From assembly GCA_965200315.1 (NCBI GenBank), contig OZ241362.1:1056001-1120000 (forward strand): a stretch of 64,000 bases of DNA, in the 5' to 3' direction. Numbering within the stretch: position 1 is the first letter of the stretch; the number at the start of each line of letters is the position of its first letter. The notes under the pieces were generated by a model. That model was not told the origin of the DNA and searched no databases. It saw nothing but the letters and a program-made list of their open reading frames with translations. The stretch comes from Candidatus Latescibacterota bacterium. Its GTDB lineage: Bacteria > Latescibacterota > UBA2968 > UBA8231. The position numbers were made by a program, and so were the translations under genes. This document shows positions 8,461-17,492 of the stretch, one piece after another.

Positions 8461-9495
8461 TCACCCCTGCGGCATAAACATCAGCTTGATCCCCTCCTGC
8501 CCCTCGGCCATGTCAAAGGCCCGCTGCCATTCGCGCAAGGCAAAGTGGTGGGTGATCAGCTTTTCGCTGGGAATAAAGCCCCGCTCGAAAAGCCGCAGCG
8601 CCCGCTTCCAAGCCGGTCGCCGCTGCCCAATGCCGCCAGAGACTTGAAGCTCGTTGTAGGCGATCTTCTCGAAGTCGATCTCCACCGGCGCACCCGGCAG
8701 GCCCATCTGGGAAAAGCGGCCCCGCTTGCGCACCAGTTCCAAGGCCAACCGCATAGCCGGTGCCACCCCCGCGCACTCGACCACCACGTCGGCCCCATAA
8801 CCGCCGGTCAACTCGCGCACCCGCGCCACCGGGTCGCCGGCCGTAATATCGATCGCGTGTTGTACGCCCAGTTCCTCGGCCAGTCGTAGCCGCTCGGTAT
8901 CCCGCTCCGTGCCGCAGAGAATCACCGTCCCCCCCTCGGCCAGCGCCACCAACGCCGAGAATAGCCCCACCGGCCCAGGCCCGGTGATGGCGACAAAATC
9001 CCCGGCCGTCACGCCGGCCTGCTCGATGACCGAATGCACGCAGCAGGCCAACAGCTCGGTCAGGGCACCGGCTTCAAACCCCACGCCCTCGGGCAGCTTG
9101 TGGACAAACGTCGCATTGCAGTAGGGCGCGAAGCAGCCGTGGTGCCAGTAGCCCATGACCTTGCGCTCGGGGCACAGGTTGTAGTGCTCGCTCAGGCAGT
9201 AGTCGCAGGCGCCGCAGATGTACACGCTCGGCTCGCCGGTCACGCGGTCGCCCACCTGCACGTGGTCGCCGACCTCTGCGCCCTTTTCTACCACCACGCC
9301 GCTGAACTCGTGGCCCATGACGACCGGCGTCTGGATGTTGTAGTTGATGGTATCGCGGTACACGTGGAGGTCCGATCCGCAAATCCCGGTGGCCTGCACC
9401 TCGACCTTCACCTGATTGGGGCCGGGCGGCGCGTCTGCTAGGTCGCGCAGCTCGACAAATCCGTCGCCCCGCTGGTATTTGACCACTCCCTGCAT
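8461..9495 (-). CDS. Zn-dependent medium-chain (sugar alcohol/threonine-type) dehydrogenase
   Basis: GICGSD, GHEFSG, CGACDYC...C structural Zn, GPGPVG. Confidence 0.9.
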   Translation of the reverse strand: MQGVVKYQRGDGFVELRDLADAPPGPNQVKVEVQATGICGSDLHVYRDTINYNIQTPVVMGHEFSGVVVEKGAEVGDHVQVGDRVTGEPSVYICGACDYCLSEHYNLCPERKVMGYWHHGCFAPYCNATFVHKLPEGVGFEAGALTELLACCVHSVIEQAGVTAGDFVAITGPGPVGLFSALVALAEGGTVILCGTERDTERLRLAEELGVQHAIDITAGDPVARVRELTGGYGADVVVECAGVAPAMRLALELVRKRGRFSQMGLPGAPVEIDFEKIAYNELQVSGGIGQRRPAWKRALRLFERGFIPSEKLITHHFALREWQRAFDMAEGQEGIKLMFMPQG

Positions 9496-9497
9496 CG

Positions 9498-10508
9498 CTA
9501 TTCTCCTTCGGCTAATTCGAGCCGGTCGCCCGCCTTGATCTCTCCGCTGGCGCGGATCACTCGCAAGCTGGCGAGCCGGGTGCTGATGATTTCGGTGACT
9601 TCGACGAGGGCAACCGACTCTTCGGGGGCCAGCTCCTCGGCCTTGATCCGCTCGTTGCTCGGATAGACGAAAAAGCGCAATCGCGGGCGTATGCCGTGCG
9701 CGCTGCCGATATTGGCGTAAATATCCTCGCTGTACACGGCGATGACCTCGGGCGCATCGCCCTCAAACACCAAGCCCTCGGGCTCAAAAGCAGCAACTAC
9801 CTTGTGTACCAGCTCGCCTACGGCCTCGACCGTCGCTTGGCCCAACAGGGTCTGGCGAAACGCCTCCGAGCCGAACGCTACCTCCTTTAAGCTGGCAAAT
9901 TGCAAGTCCTGCTCGCGCGGCTTGCCCAATAGGTCGAGCCCTACGTCGCGGTCGGTGAGATCGCGCTGGGCCTCGGCCTGACCGACCGCGCTGCCGTCGT
10001 CAACGCGCGCAATTTCGACGCGCATCTGCGCCACGGCCGAATAGGATTTGTAGCCTCCCACCAAGGGATCCCCCACCGACAGGCGGCGCATATCGTAGTC
10101 TTGCAACAGGCCCATAATGACGAAATCGGCCGCTAGCTGGCGGCCGATCGATAGGGCCTGATCGTGGCTGGCAAACCCCGACTCCAGCGCCAACTCGGCA
10201 ACCGCGTCAAAAGGGACGACCTCCCAATTGCGACCGGCCACTAGCTCCGCGCTGAGCATGTTGGCCAACTCGTATTCGATGTTCCACACGCCCTCGCGAA
10301 ACCCCGACTTATCGACAAACGGCACCACGGCCACAAAGTCGGGCCGCGGGCCAGAGCCATAGCGCTGGCGCACCTCCAAGTACTGCTCTAATGCGCTCGG
10401 CGGTGGGGGAGGCGGCTCGGATTTCTGCCATTCGTCCGGCCCTCCCTCAGGAGAGGTCAGCGGGGCGCAACTACACCACAAAAGAAATGCAATAGTCCAT
10501 TTTTTCAT
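9498..10508 (-). CDS. Putative lipoprotein with CsgG-like domain and FlgT C-terminal-like domain
   Basis: Signal peptide with Cys (MKKWTIAFLLWCSC); VAVVPFVD...IGRQLAADFVIMG; C-terminal IYANIGSAHGIRP...IKAGDRL. Confidence 0.6.
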   Translation of the reverse strand: MKKWTIAFLLWCSCAPLTSPEGGPDEWQKSEPPPPPPSALEQYLEVRQRYGSGPRPDFVAVVPFVDKSGFREGVWNIEYELANMLSAELVAGRNWEVVPFDAVAELALESGFASHDQALSIGRQLAADFVIMGLLQDYDMRRLSVGDPLVGGYKSYSAVAQMRVEIARVDDGSAVGQAEAQRDLTDRDVGLDLLGKPREQDLQFASLKEVAFGSEAFRQTLLGQATVEAVGELVHKVVAAFEPEGLVFEGDAPEVIAVYSEDIYANIGSAHGIRPRLRFFVYPSNERIKAEELAPEESVALVEVTEIISTRLASLRVIRASGEIKAGDRLELAEGE

Positions 10509-10600
10509 TGCGAATTCCACCAAGAAAAAGCGCGGTCCTACCGAGTGGCATAAAAAGCGACCTGCCCAGTTCTATGTCAACGCGCAGCGCAGCGCACATC

Positions 10601-10629
10601 TTGACAGTGTTTTTCCTCGACGATACGTT
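10601..10629 (+). promoter_or_regulatory. Sigma70 promoter of addB-addA
   Basis: TTGACA-17bp-TACGTT, 40 bp upstream of the ATG. Confidence 0.6.
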
Positions 10630-10668
10630 GCCAGCGTACCCGTCCACGCCACTTCCAACCTGCTGCTC

Positions 10669-13600
10669 ATGGGCGAACTAACCCTCATCTACGGCCCGGC
10701 CCATCCCTATAAGGCGTCGCCCGCGTACGAGCGCTGCTCGACGCACCTCGACACCGGCGACAGCGAGTCCTTCCTCTGGCTCTTTCCAACCCACTTCCAA
10801 GCCCAACTCATGCGGCGGCAGCTCATCCGCGCCAGCCGCACCGGCCTGCTCACCGGGCACTTGGCCCTCGATCTAAACAGTTTCATCGACATGCTCTATA
10901 GCCTATGTCCCGAGCGGCGACCGGCCCTGCCCCTCAGCGCACAGCGGCTCTTAGTCGAAGACGCCCTCGCCGCCAGCGCGGCTAGCGCACCCTATTACAG
11001 CCGCCAACCCGAGCGGCTGAGCCGGGGGCTGACTCAGTTGTTCCGCCGGTTAGAAGAAACGGGCACCCAGCCGAGCGACCTAGGGAGAACAACCCAGCGC
11101 AGCGCGGAATTGCAGGTCCTTTACGCGGCCTACTTGGAGCGGCTCGCGGCTGGCTGGAGCGGGAGCCGCGAGCGTTTTGTCGCTGTGGATGCCCACCTCG
11201 ACCGCTCGGCACTCGCCCAGCGTTTCCCCGGCCTCGGCCTGCTCGTGCTCTGCGGCTTTGTAGAAATGCCCGCACCTTTTTTGCCCGTGCTGGAAAAGCT
11301 GCTGGCCCTCGTTCCAGAGTCCATCGCGCTGCTCGATTACGACGAAGGGCCTCGTTTTTTTGCCCGCACACGGCCCCTATACGAATTTCTCCGCGCCCGC
11401 GCCGGCCGCGTCGAGCGCAGCGCCGCCGGCCAACACCCAGCCGCTGCATTCTCCGGCCGCCTCTTCACCCACAGTCGCGCTAGTCTCGACGTGCCCGTAG
11501 AGCGGGTCGCCTGCCCGGACCGAGTCGGCGAAGTAACGGCCATGGCCCGCCGCATCCGCCAGTTGCATCAGGAGCAAGGAATCGAGCTAGCGCAGATTCG
11601 CATGGGCTTCCGCAATCTCGACACTTATGCCGAGCTCGTGGCCGAAGTGCTGCCGCGCCACGGCCTGCCTTTTTACCTCGCACGCGGGCGGCCCCTTGCC
11701 ACAGCACCCGCCATGAACACCGTTTTCGCGCTGATCGACGCGGTGTTAGAGGGCTACAGCCGCGCCGCGCTCTTCCGCCTACTCAGCTTACCTTTGGTGC
11801 GGCTGCGCTATTCATTCTCAGACCAAACCAGCACGCTTTCTGCCGCGGACTTTGCTGCGTGGACTCGCAACGTTCCATCGTCGCCCGGGCGCGGAACTTG
11901 GCTCGCCGCCATCGAAAGCAACTTCGCCTATTTAGAGAGCGAACTAGGCCGAGAAGGCGAACCGTTCTCCGAAGACATCGACGTTTTTCCCACTCGGCGC
12001 GAGGACCTGCTCGCCGAATTGGAAGCCCTCCAGCCCCTGAAAGTTAGCCTAACCGCGCTCTTTGATTTACTCCAGCCCTTGGAACGCCGCCAAGACCTGC
12101 CCTCCTTCCGCCAGCATGTGCTCCACGCCCTCAGCGCATTGGGCGCAGAGGACGCCCTTGCGGATGGGGCGGCAGCAGACGGCCAAGCCCTAGCGCGCTT
12201 CTTGGAGCTGCTCGACGAACTGTGCGCACCAGCCGCAGCCCTCCAGCCCCGCACCCTGAGCCAGTTCGCCAATCTACTGCGCGACGCGATTTCCCAAGCG
12301 CATGTCCCCGCTGCCACGCGCGCTGGCATTCAAGTGACCGACCTCGCCGCAGCAGGTAGCGCACCTTGCGATTACCTTTTCATCGGCGGGTTGGTGCAAG
12401 GCGAATTCCCCCGCTTGCCGCCAACCGATATTTTCCTCGAAGAAACCCAGCGCCGCGCCCTGCACCTCGACGATGATGCCACCACCGAGGCCGAGCGTTT
12501 GCTGTTCTACCGCGCCGTATGCACACCGCGCCGCGGCCTCGGCGTCTTCTACCCCAAACAGTCGGGCAGCGAGACGCTCGCCCCCTCGCCCTTTGTCGCT
12601 GAGTTAGACGGCCTACTCGCCTCACAACCTTCTCAGTGCGAAGCGGCTGCCGCGCCGGGGACCTCGGCCGAGCTGCACCTCGCCTTGGGCCGCGGCCTGT
12701 GCGCAGCACGTGCCTCCGACTCAGCGCACGACGCCCTCGCCCTCTATAGCCAAGCCTCACAGCTCGACGGCCACGCCACCGCGCTACGCCACCTCGTGCG
12801 CGGCTTGCACAGCGCCGAACAGCGCACGATCCCCGAGCGTCTCGGCAGCCACGAAGGCGTCCTCGACGAGGTCTCGCTGCTCGACGCGCTGCGCACCCGC
12901 CTCGGCGCGGGCTATTCTTTCTCCGCGACCCAATTAGAGCTATACGGCCGCTGCCCCTTCCGGTTTTTTGCCCAAGAACTGCTCAACCTCCAGCCCCTCC
13001 GCGACCCGCAAGAAGACGACTCGGCACTCAAGCGCGGCACCCTCGTCCACCGCATCCTCTATCGTTTCTATGCGGCCCACGGCGAAGCAGCCGAACGCGC
13101 GGAAAACTTAACTGAAAACATCGTAGAACTGCGCCGACAAGGCCGCCAAGTCGCTGAGGAAATGAAGCTTACGGGCTTTTTCTCGGAGCGGGAATTAGAG
13201 CTCCTGCTCGGGGCCGACGACGGGGAGCGCGAGGGCGTCTTGCCGCACTTCCTGCGCCTGCAAGCGGCTGCGGCTACCCCGGCCGTGCCAACCCATTTTG
13301 AACTGAGCTTTGGCAGCTACCCTGGCATGGGAGAAGGCGACCCGCAGTCGACCACCACGCCATATGCCATCGGCGACCCAGAGACCGGGGACGAGGTGCG
13401 GCTCTCCGGCAAAATAGACCGCATCGACCGCACGGCCGATGGCCGCTTCGTCGTCTTCGACTACAAGACTGGCCGCATGCCATCGCTAGCCGATATTGAC
13501 GCCGGCCTCAACCTCCAGCTTCCGCTTTACTTGCTGGCGGCTGAATCCCTGTTCGGGGAACTCGGGCTGTACCAAGGGGCTGGGGCGGCGTACCTAATGC

Positions 13601-13875
13601 TCCGCGACCTAGAGGACTGCGGCCGCCGCGGGTTATTCGCCGATGCCACCCATCGCAATACGGCCTATGTCGCCAGCGGCCGCCACGGCATCTACAACCA
13701 CGAGGCGTATCGCCAGCGCCTCGACGAGGTGCGTGGTTTCGTCCTTTCTTACACCCGGGCCATGCGCCGTGGCATATTCCACGTCACCCCCCACGACCCG
13801 GACAAAATCTGCCCCCATTGCCCTTATCAACAAAGCTGCCGCCTCGATCCCCAGCGCATGAGGGCCTTGTCGTGA
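10669..13875 (+). CDS. addB: AddB/RexB-like helicase-nuclease subunit B
   Basis: FSATQLELYGRCPFRFF, RGTLVHRIL, SGKIDRID...VFDYKTG, LQLPLY, CPHCPYQQSC (Fe-S staple). Confidence 0.85.
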   Translation: MGELTLIYGPAHPYKASPAYERCSTHLDTGDSESFLWLFPTHFQAQLMRRQLIRASRTGLLTGHLALDLNSFIDMLYSLCPERRPALPLSAQRLLVEDALAASAASAPYYSRQPERLSRGLTQLFRRLEETGTQPSDLGRTTQRSAELQVLYAAYLERLAAGWSGSRERFVAVDAHLDRSALAQRFPGLGLLVLCGFVEMPAPFLPVLEKLLALVPESIALLDYDEGPRFFARTRPLYEFLRARAGRVERSAAGQHPAAAFSGRLFTHSRASLDVPVERVACPDRVGEVTAMARRIRQLHQEQGIELAQIRMGFRNLDTYAELVAEVLPRHGLPFYLARGRPLATAPAMNTVFALIDAVLEGYSRAALFRLLSLPLVRLRYSFSDQTSTLSAADFAAWTRNVPSSPGRGTWLAAIESNFAYLESELGREGEPFSEDIDVFPTRREDLLAELEALQPLKVSLTALFDLLQPLERRQDLPSFRQHVLHALSALGAEDALADGAAADGQALARFLELLDELCAPAAALQPRTLSQFANLLRDAISQAHVPAATRAGIQVTDLAAAGSAPCDYLFIGGLVQGEFPRLPPTDIFLEETQRRALHLDDDATTEAERLLFYRAVCTPRRGLGVFYPKQSGSETLAPSPFVAELDGLLASQPSQCEAAAAPGTSAELHLALGRGLCAARASDSAHDALALYSQASQLDGHATALRHLVRGLHSAEQRTIPERLGSHEGVLDEVSLLDALRTRLGAGYSFSATQLELYGRCPFRFFAQELLNLQPLRDPQEDDSALKRGTLVHRILYRFYAAHGEAAERAENLTENIVELRRQGRQVAEEMKLTGFFSERELELLLGADDGEREGVLPHFLRLQAAAATPAVPTHFELSFGSYPGMGEGDPQSTTTPYAIGDPETGDEVRLSGKIDRIDRTADGRFVVFDYKTGRMPSLADIDAGLNLQLPLYLLAAESLFGELGLYQGAGAAYLMLRDLEDCGRRGLFADATHRNTAYVASGRHGIYNHEAYRQRLDEVRGFVLSYTRAMRRGIFHVTPHDPDKICPHCPYQQSCRLDPQRMRALS

Positions 13876-16800
13876 AGCGCGCCGTCCCCCTGACTCCCGT
13901 CCAGCGCATGGCTCTCGACAGCCAGCGCAATATCGCGGTCACGGCCAGCGCCGGTGCCGGCAAGACCGCAACCTTAGTCGAGCGCTACATCGAACTGTTG
14001 CGCCAGCATCCCAAAATCGGCGTGCGCCACGTGCTGGCCATCACGTTTACCCAAAAGGCCGCGGCGGAAATGCGCGAGCGCATCGCCCGCCGGCTGTCCG
14101 ACGCCCTCGACCAAGAGCTGCCCGAGCCAGAGCGGCAGCGCTTGCGGCAAATCCGCGAAGACCTGCCCGCCGCGCGCATTTCCACCATCCACGCTTTCTG
14201 CGCGGCCCTGCTGCGCGAGTATCCCATTGAAGCGGATGTGGACCCGGCCTTCGCGGTCTTAGAGGGAGTAGATGCGGCGCAACTCCGACATCAAGCCGTG
14301 CGCCAAACCTTAGAGACCCTAGCTCGCGTACGCGACTCCGACCCAGACAAAGGAGCCTTGCGACGCACCTTAGCCGAATGGCCGCGCCGCTATCTCGAAC
14401 AAGTCTTGGAATACCTGCTCGAGAAAAAACATCGCGCCCGCCTGTGGTGCCGCCACTACGCTGAGCAATCACCGGACCAAATCCTCAGCGACTGGCGCGG
14501 GATGCAGCAAACGACCTGCGCCCCCGCTTGCCATGCCCTACTCGATGACACCCAATTCACCGCCATGCTCTCAGAGCTTGCCGCGCTCGCGCCCCTCACC
14601 GCCGCGAGCGACTCGGCTGTCGAGCGACTAAATCCGCTCCGCGATTTCATGCGCCGGCTGAGCCAAGCACCCCCGCTCGACGAAGCGCTAGAGATTCTTC
14701 CAAGTCTAGCCAAAGGTCTTTTGACCAATGGCAAACCCCTAAAAGGCAGCCGGCTGGGCAAGAAATCCAATTGGGAGGAAGCCACACTCGCCCGCGTCCG
14801 CGAGCTCGTGCCCGCCTTGGGGCACTGCTTGGCCCCGCACACCAACCTCCTCAGCCTCGAACTCAGTGCGGCCGACGAGCGCGCCGCCGCTGTGTTGCCC
14901 GCCCTGTCGCGCGTCTTCCTCCGCGCCGATGCGCGCTATGAGAACAGCAAAGGCAACGGCAGTGCGCTGGACATGGATGACCTCCTAGAGAAAACCCACC
15001 AGCTCATCGCGGCCGACGCGGGCATCCGCCACCGCTTGGCCCAACACTATCGCTTCGCACTGATCGACGAATTCCAAGACACCGACCCCTTGCAGTGGGA
15101 AATCATCCGCTCGCTGGCGGCACCGGGCGGACAAATGGCCGGCGACAAGCTCTTCATCGTCGGCGACCCCAAGCAGTCGATTTACTCGTTCCGCGCGGCT
15201 GATGTCACCGTCTTCGCCCGCGTACGCGACGCCATTGCGGAGGCCAATGCCGCGCACGAGCGCGAATCTCGGCCCTTTCGCGACGACGGCGAGGTCCTCG
15301 ACGCCTCCCCCGCCCAGCGGCTTGGCACTCTCGTCATGGGCGAAAATTTCCGCACTCTCGCCCAGCCCGTTGCCTTTGTCAACGCACTCTTTCCCCAGTT
15401 TATGCAGGCGATCCCAGACGAGCCTTTCCAAGTCGGCTACGACCCGCTCATCGGGTGCCGCCCTGCCGATGTAAGCGAGGGTTCGGTCGAGCTGTTGCTT
15501 TTGCCGCCGGACGATAGCCGCGACTCGACAGAGACCGCACGGTGCGAAGCCCAGTTGGTCGCTCGCCGCCTGAGCCGCCTTTTGGCGGGCAACGACCTGC
15601 AAGTCGCCGACCAAGACGGCTTGCGCCCACCCTGCCCCGGCGACATCGCCTTACTCCTGCGCCGCCGCCGCTATCTCTCCGCGTACGAAGACGCGCTGCG
15701 GGCCTGCGGCATCCCTTTCCAAGTAGCCGGCGGCCAAGGCTTTTACCAGCGCCAAGAAATCTACGATCTAGCCAACATTCTCCGCGTCCTGTGCAACTCT
15801 GGCGACAGCATCGCCCTGATGGGCGCGTTGCGCTCCCCGTACTTCGGTCTTTCGGATAACGCCCTGTACGCGCTGACCGCGCCCGACGGCAGTCGGCTCG
15901 CCAAGAATCTCGCGGACGCGAATCAGCGCCAGCGGCTCGCCCCGGCCGACCAAGAGGCCGCCACAGATGCCGTCCTCCGACTCCAGTGCTGGGGAAAACT
16001 GCGCGACCGCGTACCCCTCGTCGAGCTTTTGCACACCATCCTCGAAGACACCGGAGCTTGGGGCTTTCTCTGCTATGGCGAGCGCGGCGAGCAGGCCGTG
16101 GCCAACGTGCATAAGCTCCTCGACCTCGCCCGCCAATTCCGCGGCCCCCTCGCCGATTTTGTGGTTCGCCTCGATTTGTTGACTAATGCAGAAGAACAAG
16201 AAGGCGAAGCCCTCCTCGACGCGGATGCTTTGCACATCCTGACCGTCCATGCGGCCAAGGGCTTGGAATTTCCCATCGTCGTCGTGCCCGATTTGGCCGC
16301 ACGGTTTAACCTTCAAAACAGCGCCCCCGCGCTCATCGACGCGGAAAAGGGCCTCGGCTTGCGCGTCCTCGACCCCGAGCAGGATTACAAAAGGACCTCC
16401 TCCTTTATCCGCACCCTCATCAATCGCAACGCGGGCCGCCGCCAGCGGGCCGAAGAGAAGCGCCTGTTGTACGTGGCTTGTACCCGCGCCCGCGACCACT
16501 TGCTGCTCGGCGGCGCGTTGACCGACAAGCACTTTCCCGCCGACCTCGACGCGGCTGGGGACTGTCTCGGTTGGATTTGCGGCAGCCTAGCCCTGACAGA
16601 GGACGACCTCGCCCGCGGCAGCAAAGCGGTTGCAGGCGTACCATCCCCCTTGCCCATCCACACCGACCCCAGTGCGTTCCCAGCCACCGCGCCCGCTGAC
16701 CACCGGGCCGAGCCAGCCTTTCGCGCCCTCAACACCGCGCCCTCACCAGCAGCAGACCCCGCGTTGGAGCTGCTCTCGCCGCTCGACGATAACCAAGACC

Positions 16801-17492
16801 GGCCCGAATTTGCCGCCCGCGAGTTGGTCCTCTTCGCCGCGGACCCAGCCGAGCACCATCGCCAGTACGTGCTGGGCTTGCCGGCGTGGCCCCTCGGCCA
16901 AGTAGATGCGCCCCGTCGCCGCGCCATGCTCTTTGGCCAGCTCGCCCACGCTGGTCTAGAGGCCCTGAGCAACAGCCCAGACGCCGACCCCGCGGCCCTC
17001 GCCGCCGACCTCGTCGCGGCCGTCGCGTTGCCCTTAGCATCCTATCGCGCCTCATTTGAACGCGAGTTAGCCGCCCTGTTGCGCCGCTGTCGCCAATCGC
17101 CCTTAGCTACTGAGGAAGCCCGCACTGAAGTGCGCTTTACCCTCTTGCTCGATCTCGGTTTAATACACGGAGTAGTCGATTACATAGGACGCGGCGCCGA
17201 CGGACTGTGGGAACTAGTCGATTACAAGACCGGCCACCGTGCGAATCCAGACGAAGCAGTACAGCGCTACCAACTCCAGTTGGAAATCTACGCCCTCTGC
17301 TTGCAGGCCCTCCACCCGGACCAAGGCGAATACCGCGCGACGCTGTACATCACCGACTTCGGCGAAGTGCGTCGCGTGCGCTTCACACCAGCCGATCTAG
17401 CCGCGGTGCGCACCCGCCTCGACGACCTCACCGCCCAGCTCATTGCAGCCAAAGCCAAAGCAAGCGGATCGCTGCTCGCCGGCATGCTATGA
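13872..17492 (+). CDS. addA: AddA/RexA UvrD-type helicase-nuclease subunit A
   Basis: ASAGAGKT, ITFTQKAAAEM, LIDEFQDT, VGDPKQSIYSFR, TVHAAKGLEF, RLLYVACTRA, C-terminal GVVD...VDYKTG; GTGA overlap with addB. Confidence 0.92.
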   Translation: MKRAVPLTPVQRMALDSQRNIAVTASAGAGKTATLVERYIELLRQHPKIGVRHVLAITFTQKAAAEMRERIARRLSDALDQELPEPERQRLRQIREDLPAARISTIHAFCAALLREYPIEADVDPAFAVLEGVDAAQLRHQAVRQTLETLARVRDSDPDKGALRRTLAEWPRRYLEQVLEYLLEKKHRARLWCRHYAEQSPDQILSDWRGMQQTTCAPACHALLDDTQFTAMLSELAALAPLTAASDSAVERLNPLRDFMRRLSQAPPLDEALEILPSLAKGLLTNGKPLKGSRLGKKSNWEEATLARVRELVPALGHCLAPHTNLLSLELSAADERAAAVLPALSRVFLRADARYENSKGNGSALDMDDLLEKTHQLIAADAGIRHRLAQHYRFALIDEFQDTDPLQWEIIRSLAAPGGQMAGDKLFIVGDPKQSIYSFRAADVTVFARVRDAIAEANAAHERESRPFRDDGEVLDASPAQRLGTLVMGENFRTLAQPVAFVNALFPQFMQAIPDEPFQVGYDPLIGCRPADVSEGSVELLLLPPDDSRDSTETARCEAQLVARRLSRLLAGNDLQVADQDGLRPPCPGDIALLLRRRRYLSAYEDALRACGIPFQVAGGQGFYQRQEIYDLANILRVLCNSGDSIALMGALRSPYFGLSDNALYALTAPDGSRLAKNLADANQRQRLAPADQEAATDAVLRLQCWGKLRDRVPLVELLHTILEDTGAWGFLCYGERGEQAVANVHKLLDLARQFRGPLADFVVRLDLLTNAEEQEGEALLDADALHILTVHAAKGLEFPIVVVPDLAARFNLQNSAPALIDAEKGLGLRVLDPEQDYKRTSSFIRTLINRNAGRRQRAEEKRLLYVACTRARDHLLLGGALTDKHFPADLDAAGDCLGWICGSLALTEDDLARGSKAVAGVPSPLPIHTDPSAFPATAPADHRAEPAFRALNTAPSPAADPALELLSPLDDNQDRPEFAARELVLFAADPAEHHRQYVLGLPAWPLGQVDAPRRRAMLFGQLAHAGLEALSNSPDADPAALAADLVAAVALPLASYRASFERELAALLRRCRQSPLATEEARTEVRFTLLLDLGLIHGVVDYIGRGADGLWELVDYKTGHRANPDEAVQRYQLQLEIYALCLQALHPDQGEYRATLYITDFGEVRRVRFTPADLAAVRTRLDDLTAQLIAAKAKASGSLLAGML

